Notes under the pieces: generated by a model
The model's input: only the letters and a program-made list of their open reading frames with translations
Databases searched by the model: none
Told to the model about the DNA's origin: nothing
Shown: piece after piece, positions 11,355 to 21,908 of the stretch
Position numbering within the stretch: the stretch's first letter is position 1
Layout of the letters: each line of letters opens with the position of its first letter
NCBI RefSeq assembly: GCF_000142905.1
Contig: NW_013657674.1
Span: 90,393 to 154,392, forward strand
Origin: Thecamonas trahens ATCC 50062
Lineage: Eukaryota > Protista > Apusomonadida
DNA length: 64,000 bases
Direction: 5' to 3'
Program-made: the position numbers and the translations under genes

Positions 11355-12437
11355 ATGGCGGCAAACCGGTCGTGGGTTGATGAGTACCGGGCACGTGACC
11401 CGCTGCGGGTGAGGAACAGCCCAGCGCTGGAGAGCTACACCTACTCGTACGAGGTCGAGTACTCGGAGGAGGACGACAACGAGTACGGACGATACGCTGG
11501 CGGCGGCGGTGGCCAAGACGGACGGGCAGCTCGGGGCGAGAGGGTCGAGGACGATGGGTCGGATATCTCTTTCTACTCGGACTCGCTCTACTACACAACA
11601 GGCGTGCGGGGCATCTCGCTCGAGCCGTTTGATGAGACCCTGGACAAGGCGGCCCGCCAAGCAAGGGCAGCGTTCGAGGGCCGGAGCGATGGCGATAGCG
11701 ATGGCGATGGCGATGAGCGGCGTGGGACGGGTGGCGGACGTGACCGGAGACTGAGCCTGGAGGCTGACGGTAGCGGGCGAATGGAGGCGGTGTATGTTGT
11801 CCGCCACGGAGAGAGCACGTTCAACGCGTGGCGGACCGACTGGAAGACGTACGCCATGTGCGGCTGCTTCTCCGATCCGCATCTGATCGATGCGCGGCTC
11901 TCAGCCAACGGCGAGAAGCAAGTTGCCGAGCTTCGCAAGGCCGTCTTTGCCTCGGCGCCGTCGGCGGCGGGATGGGGTACCGTCCGCGCCCTGGCGACTG
12001 TCGATGTGGTCGTGGTCTCGCCGCTCACCCGGGCTCTGGCCACCGCCGCCGCGCTCTTTGCCGAGACCTCGATCCGGGTCCTCGTCTCGCCGCTTGTCAC
12101 CGAGGCCATGGACACCGAGTGCGACATCGGGCGGCCGCTCGATGTGCTCGCCGACGAGTTTCCGCACTTTGACTGGAGCGTCGCTGCCGAGCACGCCGCC
12201 GCGCTCGGCGCGCGGCCCGACGCCTGGTGGCCGGCGCCCGAGCACAAGGAGAGCGCTGCCGCCGTCGCCGACCGAGCCTCGCTCGCCCACGCATGGATGC
12301 AAGGGCTCGGTGCGCCCCGCATCGCCCTCGTCTCGCACTCCAACTTTCTCAAGGCCTTTACCAAGACGACGTCCAAGCTGCCCAACGCCGCTGCGGGCGT
12401 GCTTACGGTCGCCGGCTTTGCGCGGCTGCAGCAATAG
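11355..12437 (+). CDS. Histidine phosphatase / phosphoglycerate mutase family protein
   Basis: VYVVRHGESTFN, VVVSPLTRALAT and ALVSHSNFL motifs. The ATG at 11355 is in frame. Confidence 0.85.
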   Translation: MAANRSWVDEYRARDPLRVRNSPALESYTYSYEVEYSEEDDNEYGRYAGGGGGQDGRAARGERVEDDGSDISFYSDSLYYTTGVRGISLEPFDETLDKAARQARAAFEGRSDGDSDGDGDERRGTGGGRDRRLSLEADGSGRMEAVYVVRHGESTFNAWRTDWKTYAMCGCFSDPHLIDARLSANGEKQVAELRKAVFASAPSAAGWGTVRALATVDVVVVSPLTRALATAAALFAETSIRVLVSPLVTEAMDTECDIGRPLDVLADEFPHFDWSVAAEHAAALGARPDAWWPAPEHKESAAAVADRASLAHAWMQGLGAPRIALVSHSNFLKAFTKTTSKLPNAAAGVLTVAGFARLQQ

Positions 12438-12458
12438 CACGGAGCATAAAACAAGTCG

Positions 12459-13418
12459 TTACAGCTTGGACGGCAGCTGGAGTGAGGCCTTACGGGAATC
12501 GCCCTTGCGCGACCGCGTCTTCTCGCCCGTCGGATCGGCCATTTCGGCGGCGGTGGGCGGACGGAGGTCGTCGTCGTTGAGGAAAAAGTCCGGGAGGAAC
12601 GAGGTCGTGCCCGGGACGCACGCGTACTTGTCAAACTGAGTCACGCCGACCATGCGGAGGACGGTCTCGTCGACGAAAAAGTTGCCCGAGCACTTCTCCG
12701 GTGGCTGGGCGAGGATGACGGCAGCGGCGTCGGCCATGATGTCGACGTTGCGGCAGTGCGCCCGCGACGACTCGCCCGAGATCATGGCAACGGCGGCGGT
12801 GTAGATGGCGGTGTTGGGCCAGAGGGCGTTGAAGGCGATGCCGGCGTCTGCAAACTCGGCGGCCATGCCCAGCACGCACATCGACATGCCGTACTTGGCC
12901 ATCGTATACGCGGTGTGCGGGGCAAACCACTTGGCGTCCATGTTGAGCGGCGGCGAGATGTTGAGCACGTGCCCGCCGCCGGCCGCCAGCAGATGCGGGA
13001 GGCAGGCCCGGGTGGTCACATACGTCCCGCGAGTGTTGACCTGGTACATCAAATCGACCTTTTTGAGCGGCGTCTCGAGAGTGCCGAAGAGATGGATGGC
13101 CGAGGCGTTGTTGATGACCACGTCGAGGCCGCCAAAGGCCGCCACTGCCGCATCCACCGCAGCCTGCACAGCCTTCTCATCGCGGATATCGCACACCAGC
13201 GGAAGCGCCTCGCCGCCTGCTGCCTCAATCTCGGCGGCTGCTGTGTAGATGGTGCCCGGCAGCTTGGGATGCGGCGCAGCCGTCTTGGCCGCAATGGCCA
13301 CCCGTCCGCCGTGCGAGGCCAGGACCTTGGCAATGGCCAGACCGATACCACGCGAGCCGCCCGTCATGAACACACGCGCCCCGTGGAGCCGGCTGAAGTC
13401 GGTGGAGAGGGAAGACAT
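12459..13418 (-). CDS. HSDL2: Hydroxysteroid dehydrogenase-like 2 (SDR), peroxisomal, lacking the SCP2 domain
   Basis: TGGSRGIG, AAKTAAPHPKLPGTIYTAA, NNASAI and YTMAKYGMS motifs; C-terminal SKL. Confidence 0.92.
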   Translation of the reverse strand: MSSLSTDFSRLHGARVFMTGGSRGIGLAIAKVLASHGGRVAIAAKTAAPHPKLPGTIYTAAAEIEAAGGEALPLVCDIRDEKAVQAAVDAAVAAFGGLDVVINNASAIHLFGTLETPLKKVDLMYQVNTRGTYVTTRACLPHLLAAGGGHVLNISPPLNMDAKWFAPHTAYTMAKYGMSMCVLGMAAEFADAGIAFNALWPNTAIYTAAVAMISGESSRAHCRNVDIMADAAAVILAQPPEKCSGNFFVDETVLRMVGVTQFDKYACVPGTTSFLPDFFLNDDDLRPPTAAEMADPTGEKTRSRKGDSRKASLQLPSKL

Positions 13419-13615
13419 GGTGGAGGCCGTTGGAGTGGAGTACCCGCCGTGGTGTGAGTGCGACCGCTCCCGTCGCCTGTGGGGTCTGCGGGGGCACAGG
13501 TGCCGCCCCGACGGCGGTGGTGCGGGGGCACAGGCGCCGCACCGACGACGCTGCTTTGGATCGGTTCATTAGGGACGCTGGCGAGGTAGACCATGCCGAC
13601 GGCTGCAACCTACGG

Positions 13616-14596
13616 CTACAGAAGCTTGAACTCCTCAACAACCTCCCACGCATAGCCATAGGCCTCGCGGAAGCGGACAACTCCGGCGAGGATCACGGCG
13701 CAGAGAACAAGAAAGGCGGCCGAGTTGGCGGCAAACGCAATCCAACGCCACTCGGCATCAGAGCAGAGCGGCGGCGAGTGTGTGGCGTCGTCACCATCGT
13801 CCAGAAGCTGGGCGAGACTGATGCGCTTGGTGGCCGAGAGCGGCGACGCAGCGCCACGCGCTGCGGAAAGTGCTTGCGGCACGTTGCGCGCCGCAGCTTG
13901 TTGCAAGGCGTCGATGGCGTGAAGCGCGTAAAGCGAAATGAGATATGCCCGCGCCGCTGCACGCAACGGGGCCGCAGGGAGGAGCGCCTGTGACGCGTCG
14001 ACGACAGAAGCCTCAGCGGCTCCGTCGAGGAGCGAGAGCAGGCTTTGTGGGTCCTCGGCGGAATATGGGGCCAGCAACAGCTCTGGCAGCGCCATGACAT
14101 GCCTCCGCGCCAGCAGGTCAAAGACCATAGCGTGCGGCAGCCGCTGCGCCGCCGCCGCCGCCGCGTCGGCCTGTATCCTGCCCGCCATCACCAGCCGATC
14201 AGTCGGCGGCAGTGCGGACCAGAACGGCGCCAGCATCTCCCGCACCGCTAGCCAGCTGCTTGCCACCGCCCGTCCCGCATCGTCAGCCAACGCAAGCAAC
14301 AGGGCCTCGCCCGGCACGCCACCGCCGCCGGTGCCGCCTGTCGCCACATTGTCCCGAGTCTGTCCACTGCCACCATCAACAGCATCAGCATCGTTGCCCA
14401 GCACAGGCAGGCTGGACGACATATCACCAGCAGCAAGTCCGATCACTGGTGCACTACCTACACCTGCCGCCTGTCGAGTCGCTACATCGGAACCAGCATG
14501 CCCGGCCGTGTCGGACTCGTTCTCGCCAAGGCGTTCCCTGTCTGGAAGCGGGGTGGAAGGCCCGCCGGCAGGTCCGAGGCCACCCAAGCCAGCCAT
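13616..14596 (-). CDS. Hypothetical protein with a C-terminal transmembrane helix
   Basis: ATG-started 326-aa ORF filling the gap between genes; hydrophobic segment WIAFAANSAAFLVLCAVILAGVV; no family recognised. Confidence 0.5.
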   Translation of the reverse strand: MAGLGGLGPAGGPSTPLPDRERLGENESDTAGHAGSDVATRQAAGVGSAPVIGLAAGDMSSSLPVLGNDADAVDGGSGQTRDNVATGGTGGGGVPGEALLLALADDAGRAVASSWLAVREMLAPFWSALPPTDRLVMAGRIQADAAAAAAQRLPHAMVFDLLARRHVMALPELLLAPYSAEDPQSLLSLLDGAAEASVVDASQALLPAAPLRAAARAYLISLYALHAIDALQQAAARNVPQALSAARGAASPLSATKRISLAQLLDDGDDATHSPPLCSDAEWRWIAFAANSAAFLVLCAVILAGVVRFREAYGYAWEVVEEFKLL

Positions 14597-15157
14597 GGCC
14601 GGAACCGCCTGATTGACACGGGGAAACCGGGTTGGGTGTGAGGTTATCTCTCTTTGTGTCCTGTGGGTGGTGGCAGGTGGCGTGGGAGAGTGGGGTGTGT
14701 CCCGCAGTGGTCTCTGTGCAAGGGGGTGAGGGGCGCGCGCGCGTTGGCAGGCCGCGAGCAGTCAAAGTGGCGGAGGACAGAGGGAGAGAGAGGCTGATCG
14801 GAGCGGGCGGCGGGAGATTTGGGGAGAGATCAAGGGTGGGAGGGGGGGGGGGGGGGGGGGGGGGGGGTACATCATCGGGGGGCGGTGAGTTCACTCTGGC
14901 AACGGCACGCGATGTGTGGAAAGAGCTACGATCTGGAGGCACATCGGCATGTCGTACATCTCAGCAGCAGCACAGGCGAGTCGAGTCTTCTGGCCGCCTG
15001 TCATTGCCCCCCCCCCCCCCTGCCCCTGCCCCTTGCCTGCCCTGCCCTACCCTGCCATAAGCCACAATCGGGTGTCGGTCGCCGGTCAGGTGTTGACGAT
15101 AGGCGGCACGGCACGATAGAGAGGGGCACAGGCGACGCGGGGGTGAGCAGACTCGAC

Positions 15158-15226
15158 GCAGCAGCCGCAGCAGCAGCAACAACAGCAACAACAGCAACAA
15201 CAGCAACAACAGCAACAACAACAACA
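15158..15226 (+). repeat. (GCA/ACA) compound microsatellite upstream of the PH gene
   Basis: gcagcagcaacaacagcaacaacagcaacaaca tract. Confidence 0.85.
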
Positions 15227-15298
15227 AGTGGAGGTAGCGGCAGCGAGGAAGGGCACACGAGACACGAGACCGAGACCGAGCGACTGGAGGAGGCAGAC

Positions 15299-16657
15299 AT
15301 GAGCAGCGGACGTGGGCCGAGCATGCAGGGCTACCTGCTGAAGCACCCGGGCAAGGGCTTTATGCGCAAGTACAAGAAGCGGTGGTTTGTGCTGGAAGAC
15401 CTGAATGTCTCCTACGCCAAGGACGACAAGACGCCTCCGATCAAGAGCATTCGCTGTAGAGACATCATTTCCGTCACAGGCGTGCCGGGCGTACCCATCA
15501 AGGCAAAGCGCAAGTACAACGGCTGTGGCTTTGCTCTTCACTACGAGTCGCGAGCTATCGTTCTTCTCGCAGAATCGCCTGTTGAGCGCGAGCAGTGGCT
15601 CCAGGCGCTCGGCATGGCCCAGCAGATTGACAACGGCGAGCTCCCGGCCGCGTCTGCTGGGGCAAGTCCAGACGCCGTGGGTGCATCTGCCGCACCGAGC
15701 TCGTCTGGCTCCACTCCCACCACAAGCTCGCCTGCTACTGATGCGAGCGGTGGGACCAGTGGAACCGCGCCGGCGAGCGAGCAGGGTGCAAGCGGTGGGG
15801 CTGACAATGGTGACGATGTGGCGGCGGCGGCGGCAGGGATGCGCGGCCGGGCAGCTACAACCAAGTCGGGCGTGTCCAAGGGCGCTGTCGGGAAGCAGGC
15901 GGGCGACGTCGTCGAGGATGAGGCCGCGCCGGGCCAGTCCAAAGTGGCTGCGATGCAGGCGGCTCTGCTGCAGGCCAGCAATTCGTCGAGCCGGGCCCGG
16001 CGGCCGTCGCGGTACTCGACGCGGATGTCAACGCTGGTCTCGGACGGCTCGTCGGCGCTCGGCGCCCCGAACCAGGATGAGATCTTTGCCTCGATCGAAG
16101 CGACGCTCGGGCGGACGATGGATCTCATTCGGGTCCAGCTCGGGTTTAAGGGCAACCTCGATCCGTTTTTTAAGGCCGCTGGCGCCATGCGCGACGCCAT
16201 GCTCGAGACGACAACGCTCATCGACACGCTTCTATTCGCCGCCATCGACGACGACGACCACCCATCGCTTGACAGCGACAACGACGACGGGTACGAGTAC
16301 GATTCGGCCGGCGACGGCAACGACGCCGCTACCGGTGACGACGATGTCGCAGACACTGCGGCTGCTTGCCCTGCAAACGCGCCTGCGGAATACACGCCCG
16401 ACGAGCTCAAGAAGCTCGACGAGGCGTACGAGGCCATCCTCTCATCAGGTCAGCAGCTCATTCTCTCATCGCGTGACACGTTCCGCACCGATCCGCCCGT
16501 TCCGGACTCGTGGAACCGCCGCAAGGCTGTCCTGAACACCCTCCGCGACGCGTTGCTCGTCATTGTCACCGACGCCAACCGGCAGGACTCCATCCGCACC
16601 ACCATCGCTTCCCTAGTTGCGGCGTCCGAGGCAGCCAAGGCCAAGGCTAAGGCATAA
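15299..16657 (+). CDS. PH-domain protein with a C-terminal helical bundle
   Basis: MQGYLLKHPGKGFMRKYKKRWFVL...LAESPVEREQWLQAL is a canonical PH domain. The ATG at 15299 is in frame. Confidence 0.85.
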   Translation: MSSGRGPSMQGYLLKHPGKGFMRKYKKRWFVLEDLNVSYAKDDKTPPIKSIRCRDIISVTGVPGVPIKAKRKYNGCGFALHYESRAIVLLAESPVEREQWLQALGMAQQIDNGELPAASAGASPDAVGASAAPSSSGSTPTTSSPATDASGGTSGTAPASEQGASGGADNGDDVAAAAAGMRGRAATTKSGVSKGAVGKQAGDVVEDEAAPGQSKVAAMQAALLQASNSSSRARRPSRYSTRMSTLVSDGSSALGAPNQDEIFASIEATLGRTMDLIRVQLGFKGNLDPFFKAAGAMRDAMLETTTLIDTLLFAAIDDDDHPSLDSDNDDGYEYDSAGDGNDAATGDDDVADTAAACPANAPAEYTPDELKKLDEAYEAILSSGQQLILSSRDTFRTDPPVPDSWNRRKAVLNTLRDALLVIVTDANRQDSIRTTIASLVAASEAAKAKAKA

Positions 16658-16668
16658 ACACGGTACAC

Positions 16669-17394
16669 TCAGCGGTAGAGCGGGAGTGTGTTGGTGACGC
16701 CATCGAACCACGACTCGGGCGCAGGGCCGAAAGCGATGACCGTCGTCGAGCCGGCGGCTACCTGCGTTCGCCCGGCATCCTCAAACTGGAACACTGTCAG
16801 CTCGACCTCGGCCGCCTCGGCCTTGGCCACGGTCTCTGCCAGTACACTCTCATCGACAGCGCGGAGGACAACCACCTTTTCGCCATCGTCCTCCCATTCG
16901 TGGACAATGGCCTCGGGCGCCTCCCGGGCCGCGCCCAGCGCCGCATGCACGCACTGTGCCGCCACCTTGCCCGGCTTCATCTTGAGGGACGCGTTGACGA
17001 CCAGCACCATCTTGTGCTCTTCGGCGTACTCGGATCCGTACTCGTCGTCGTCATACTCTTCATCGTCCTCTTCATCGTCTTCGATCTCGGTCTCGGCCTC
17101 GGTCTCGGTCTCGGTCTCCGCCTCGATCTCGGCCGCTGTCTCGGCCGCAGTCTCGACCACAGTCTCAATCATGGCATCACTCGAACCTGCAACGTCTCCA
17201 TCAAACGCCACTGCTCCGACACCAGGCCCTGCGCCAGCGCCATCACCGCCGTCACCGCCATCGCCGCCAGCGGCGCCCTTTGCTGTCCGCCGCTTGAGCT
17301 CGAAATTGGTGACGAGCCACGTGAGTCCAGCCGCCACCACCGACACTGAAGCCGTAGCTAGTGCCACACCAGGCACAACACCAAGACGGTCCAT
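16669..17394 (-). CDS. PTRH2: Peptidyl-tRNA hydrolase 2 (PTH2/Bit1) with N-terminal membrane anchor
   Basis: KMVLVVNASLKMKPGKVAAQCVHAA and EDAGRTQVAAGSTTVIAFGPAP motifs. Confidence 0.9.
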   Translation of the reverse strand: MDRLGVVPGVALATASVSVVAAGLTWLVTNFELKRRTAKGAAGGDGGDGGDGAGAGPGVGAVAFDGDVAGSSDAMIETVVETAAETAAEIEAETETETEAETEIEDDEEDDEEYDDDEYGSEYAEEHKMVLVVNASLKMKPGKVAAQCVHAALGAAREAPEAIVHEWEDDGEKVVVLRAVDESVLAETVAKAEAAEVELTVFQFEDAGRTQVAAGSTTVIAFGPAPESWFDGVTNTLPLYR

Positions 17395-18032
17395 AAGTTT
17401 GTCGAGATAGAGTTGAGTGCGGTGTGCGCGGTTGTGTGCGCGGTTGTGTATGTACCCCCTCGCTCCCTCGGTGCCGCACTGATCGGTGCCACACTGATGG
17501 GCGCGCAACAGACACACACACACAGCATGCGCACATCATGCACACGCAATCTGATCAATGCTGCCCATACGGCCTAAAGACATCATCATGCGTGTTGTGT
17601 CTCTTCCATATCCACATGCCCTTCTCACATCACCCGATACGCTCGCGGGCTTGGCGGGGACATTCGACGGGCTTCGGTGGGCAGTCGGAGGGAGAGACCG
17701 GGATGGCCATGCAGCTCTCCGCAGGGGACGACTCAGTCACATTCGGGCGTACACTTGACCATCGCACACGGTGGTGAGGTTGTAGTTGGCGAGGAGCTGG
17801 TTGACTGGCTGGCTGTGGTGTGCAAGAGCTGGTGCTGGTGGGCATGCAAGTGGACGAGGCCGTGAGTGGAGGGATGGCTGGGCAGGGGGATGGCGGTGAT
17901 GGCCATGGCGACCAAGGGCTGGAGAGGATGCTGCGGGATGGTGATGGGGATGGTGGCGGCGACGGTGGGCTGGGGATGGTGCGGCTTGCTGATGGTGTCA
18001 CTGGCCTGGGCTGGGCCGACGACGCAACAGAG

Positions 18033-19580
18033 ATGGCTGCAGACATCGAGGACCTGGTGATGGGCGATGGGCGGGGCGATGATGGCGTTGAGGGGCATGG
18101 TGGGCACGACGGGTACGACAGGCACGATGGGCACAGTCGCGAGGAAGTGGCGGTCGAGGTGGTAGTCCGGCGTGGGCAGCGCAAAAAGGTGTTTGTGCAG
18201 ACGTACGGGTGTGGCCACAACGCGTCCGACTCTGAGTACATGGCTGGGCTGCTGGAGGCCGGAGGGTACGAGGTGGGGCGGGAAGCCGAGAGCGCAGATG
18301 TGGTGGTCATCAACTCGTGCACGGTGAAGAACCCGTCGCAACAGACGTTTGCCAATCAGGTCACCGCGCTAGCGTCTGCCGGGCTGCCGGTGGTGGTGGC
18401 GGGGTGCGTGCCGCAGGCGGATCCAGACGGCGGCGTGTGGTCGGGGCACTCTGCGGTGGGGGTGGAGCAGATTGACGCTATTGTCGACGTTGTAGACGCC
18501 ACGCTAGCCGGCAAGGTTGTGCGCCGGCTGGGGCGGCGGTCGGGTCCTGCCGGCGACTCGCGCCCGCGGCTGGCGCTGCCCAAGATTCGGCGCAACGCGC
18601 TCATCGAGATTGTGCCCATCAACACCGGGTGCCTCAACGCATGCACTTACTGCAAGACCAAGGGAGCACGGGGGCGGCTGGCATCGTACCATCCGCTGGA
18701 CATCATCGATCGAGTCCGGCACGTGGTCGAGGCTGAGGGCGTGAAGGAGATCCGGCTGACGTCCGAAGACACCGGAGCGTACGGACGCGACATCGGGACG
18801 TCACTGCCGGAGCTGCTCCGCGGCGTGCTTGCAGCCGTCGAGGACCACGACGATGTCATGGTCAAGCTTGGCATGACCAACCCGCCATACATCCTTGACC
18901 ATCTGGAGGCGATGGGTGAGATCTTTGGCCACAAGAACATGTACCAGTTCATCCACGTTCCGGTGCAGGCCGGCGCGAACCGGGTCCTTGACGCCATGAA
19001 GCGCGAGTACACGGTGGAGCAGTTTGAGCACGTCTGCCGCACGCTGCGGGCGGCGGCGCCAGACATCATGATCGCCACCGACGTCATCTGCGGCTTTCCA
19101 ACCGAGACCGAGGCCGAGTTTGACGCCACCTGTGCCCTCGTTGACGGCTTTCGTTTCCCAGTCGTCAACATCTCGCAGTTCTACCCGCGCCCGGGCACGC
19201 CTGCTGCCAAGATGCGCAAGGTCCGGAGTCAGGAGGTCAAGGCGCGGTCGCGCAAGATCTCGGCCCTCTTCCGCTCGTACGCCACCTTTGACGAGCTGGT
19301 CGGCGAGGAAGTCGACGTGTGGATTACCGAGATGGCTGCTGACGGCCATTCGCTTGTTGGCCACACCCGAGCCTACGTCCAAGTCCTCCTCTCACCCGAT
19401 GACTACCAGCTCGGCACCCGTGACGTTGCCCGCATCGTCTCGGCCTCCAAGTGGTCGGTCTGCGGCGAGCGTCCGGCGCCGGCCCCAGCACACGTTGCGA
19501 CCCGCACAGTCTGGCAGGTAGTCTGGCTTGCTGTTGCGCTGTTGGTCGCGGCCCTTGCCTGGCTTCTTGGCCGCGATTGA
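18033..19580 (+). CDS. CDKAL1: tRNA t6A37 methylthiotransferase (radical SAM, e-MtaB)
   Basis: DIEDL N-terminus; TYGCGHNASDSEYMAGLL; NSCTVKNPS; CxxxCxxC (CLNACTYC); ISQFYPRPGTPAA; TRAM domain; C-terminal TM anchor. The start codon is approximate. Confidence 0.93.
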   Translation: MAADIEDLVMGDGRGDDGVEGHGGHDGYDRHDGHSREEVAVEVVVRRGQRKKVFVQTYGCGHNASDSEYMAGLLEAGGYEVGREAESADVVVINSCTVKNPSQQTFANQVTALASAGLPVVVAGCVPQADPDGGVWSGHSAVGVEQIDAIVDVVDATLAGKVVRRLGRRSGPAGDSRPRLALPKIRRNALIEIVPINTGCLNACTYCKTKGARGRLASYHPLDIIDRVRHVVEAEGVKEIRLTSEDTGAYGRDIGTSLPELLRGVLAAVEDHDDVMVKLGMTNPPYILDHLEAMGEIFGHKNMYQFIHVPVQAGANRVLDAMKREYTVEQFEHVCRTLRAAAPDIMIATDVICGFPTETEAEFDATCALVDGFRFPVVNISQFYPRPGTPAAKMRKVRSQEVKARSRKISALFRSYATFDELVGEEVDVWITEMAADGHSLVGHTRAYVQVLLSPDDYQLGTRDVARIVSASKWSVCGERPAPAPAHVATRTVWQVVWLAVALLVAALAWLLGRD

Positions 19581-19991
19581 GCGCCAAGCTCGCCTGGCTT
19601 GCTTGCGGGAGTGGCCAGGCGCAACACACCGATTGCAAAGTGCATTACCAAGAGATGCACATTCTCGAGTAGCCGCGCATAAGCATGCGACACTGACGAG
19701 CCGCCGTCGGTGGTAAACTTGAGTCCCGCGGGCTTTTGGTGGGTGGGCGATGACGAACAGTTGCGCCCGTACTTGCGTTGCTTCTTGTGCGGGAGGCTCT
19801 TGCGGGTGTTGGGTGACTGAGAGGTGGAAGTTCACTTTTTTTGGGCCGATCACGTGCTCTGCAGCCCGTCCAGCGCGTCTTTTCCCCCCTCCAAATTGGG
19901 GCAACGGGCCCACCACCCACACGTGACAGAGCAAGCACGGGACGGCCAACAGAGATGCACACCTCACGCCAACGCAGCAGAAAGGGAGAGA

Positions 19992-20678
19992 ATGATAGCA
20001 AGAATGGGCACGGGCCTGGTGGTGGTGGTGCTGTTGGCGCTGGTGGCGGGAGCAGCAGGGCGGAGCGTGGGCGAGCCGTTGCATCCCTCGTGGCCGAGCG
20101 TCGGCTTTTCAGCGCCGTACACATACACTGTGACAGGCAAGGACGGGACGAATGCGACGACCGAGGGCTTTATGCAGTATGCCTTTGCGGCCGGTTCGAA
20201 CGGTTGGGCCATGCGGATGAAGACGGCAGAAGTCGGCGTGTGCGCCGTCTATGCTGGCGCGTTGGACATGGATCCGGCTACGGCCGACTGCACCCTGCTC
20301 ATGCTCGGCTCGCACGCCTTCCCGGTTCCCAACGCGGTCTTCCTCATGGTGGACTCGCACTGCTGCCTGATCAACAACACCGGTAATGTGGCCAACACGT
20401 GGCTGGATGGCTTTGACTACGCCGGGTCGCAGGAGTGGGACGGGGTGCCGGCCGATGTGTGGACCATGCAGGCCAACCAGCTCAACTACTATGTCATGGC
20501 CGCCAACGCCACCTCGATAGAGGACTCGATCGCTGTCGGCATCTTCCAGCCCTTCCACATGATGGAGTTCCACGACTTTACCGTCGGACCGCAGCCTGCC
20601 GATGCCTTTTCCACGCCTGACATGTGCACTCTGCGCAAGTGCCCGGGCGGCATCATGTCGCCGTTTGACCGCCATTGA
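19992..20678 (+). CDS. Secreted ependymin-related (LolA-fold-like) protein
   Basis: Signal peptide; PSWPSVGF; CC; YAGSQEWDGVPADVW; FTVGPQPADAFSTPDMC, matching the ependymin-like F-x-x-P-x-x-C ending. Confidence 0.6.
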   Translation: MIARMGTGLVVVVLLALVAGAAGRSVGEPLHPSWPSVGFSAPYTYTVTGKDGTNATTEGFMQYAFAAGSNGWAMRMKTAEVGVCAVYAGALDMDPATADCTLLMLGSHAFPVPNAVFLMVDSHCCLINNTGNVANTWLDGFDYAGSQEWDGVPADVWTMQANQLNYYVMAANATSIEDSIAVGIFQPFHMMEFHDFTVGPQPADAFSTPDMCTLRKCPGGIMSPFDRH

Positions 20679-20721
20679 GCGGCGTTGTAGCTTGCAGCAA
20701 ACGATCAAACGTCCTCTGGAC

Positions 20722-21483
20722 TCACGCCGGCAGCCGAGCAGTCGAGATAGCCAGCTCGTCTGCCGAGACAGCTGTCCACACCCGCCCGTACTCGGTCTCG
20801 ACGTATGAGCCGCGCTGCCGGATGCCGGGGATCGGGATCACGAAGGTAATCAAGAGGACCAGTGCCGAAACGATCCAGATGCTGCCGCGGACTTGGCCCT
20901 CGTCGCCTTTGCCCAGATCGCACGTCCACCACAGACACGGCACAAAGTGCAGAGCCATGCTCGCCACCACAGCCTCGGCCACCGCGTGGCTCGCCAGCCC
21001 GCACGACATCGGCTCAAACACACTCGCCACGTCGTGTCGACGGTTGGCGACAAGCGCATGCCGGCGTAGTCCGCCACAAGCGCCAGCCGATGAGATTGTG
21101 AGCACATGCTCGCTCCTCGATCCTGAGCTTGAGTTCGTAACCGACGACTCGAGCTCGTCCGGCCGAGGAGAAGCAGACGCCGTTTCGGACGAGTACGAGC
21201 CCGACGACAAGCCCGAGCCTGACCGAGCGTGATTACGGGCAGCTATCGCGCCGTATGTCCGCCTCGCCGAGCTCCTCGCCAAGCGCCCGTCATGAACAAC
21301 ATGGACGGCCCAGGGAAGAAGCCCGAATCGGCGATGGACGGCGGCGATGTCGCCCGTGCGCCGAGCGGCTGCCGCCTCGCCCCGCAACCGGCGCCAGCCG
21401 AGCACCACATACAGCAGGCGGTAGCCAAAGTAAAGCGCAGCAACCACGACGCCGCCAACCCGAGTCCCCGGCCACTCGCCCAT
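20722..21483 (-). CDS. Hypothetical membrane protein
   Basis: ATG 21483 ORF with about 3 hydrophobic segments, converging on the neighbouring gene. Confidence 0.5.
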   Translation of the reverse strand: MGEWPGTRVGGVVVAALYFGYRLLYVVLGWRRLRGEAAAARRTGDIAAVHRRFGLLPWAVHVVHDGRLARSSARRTYGAIAARNHARSGSGLSSGSYSSETASASPRPDELESSVTNSSSGSRSEHVLTISSAGACGGLRRHALVANRRHDVASVFEPMSCGLASHAVAEAVVASMALHFVPCLWWTCDLGKGDEGQVRGSIWIVSALVLLITFVIPIPGIRQRGSYVETEYGRVWTAVSADELAISTARLPA

Positions 21484-21908
21484 ACTCTCTCCTACCAACT
21501 GAGCGCAGTGCTCCGGCGGGCAAAGCCGCTTGCGCCGTCGTTGTTCGGCTTGTGACGACGCGTCCGATTTGCGGCGAGAACACCATGTGCGAAGGAGGGC
21601 CAAAGGAGGGAGGAAAGCACAGAATGCAGTTGTGCAGCTTGTCCTGATCAGCCGCTGTGCTGGGCGTCAGCAGTTGGAGTTAGTCCCAAGTCGGTAGAAG
21701 GGTTGAACGCCTGCCCTGCCCTCGGCGAGGTGCAATCGCGGCAGCTCTGCGCTCCTTCCCCCCCTCCCTTGGTCGCGACAGACGCGGCAAGTGCGACGTC
21801 GCCAACTTTCTTTTTAGGTGCGGCAGCGACAAAACCCGAGCAAGAAGGTTGTCGACAGCGGCAAACGCAAGTCAGAGCACAGTACAGTTGCAGGACAGTG
21901 AGACAAGA

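Noticed and set aside
17480-17640. C-box-like ATGATGA on the minus strand upstream of PTH2
   Set aside because: There is no D box at a suitable distance.
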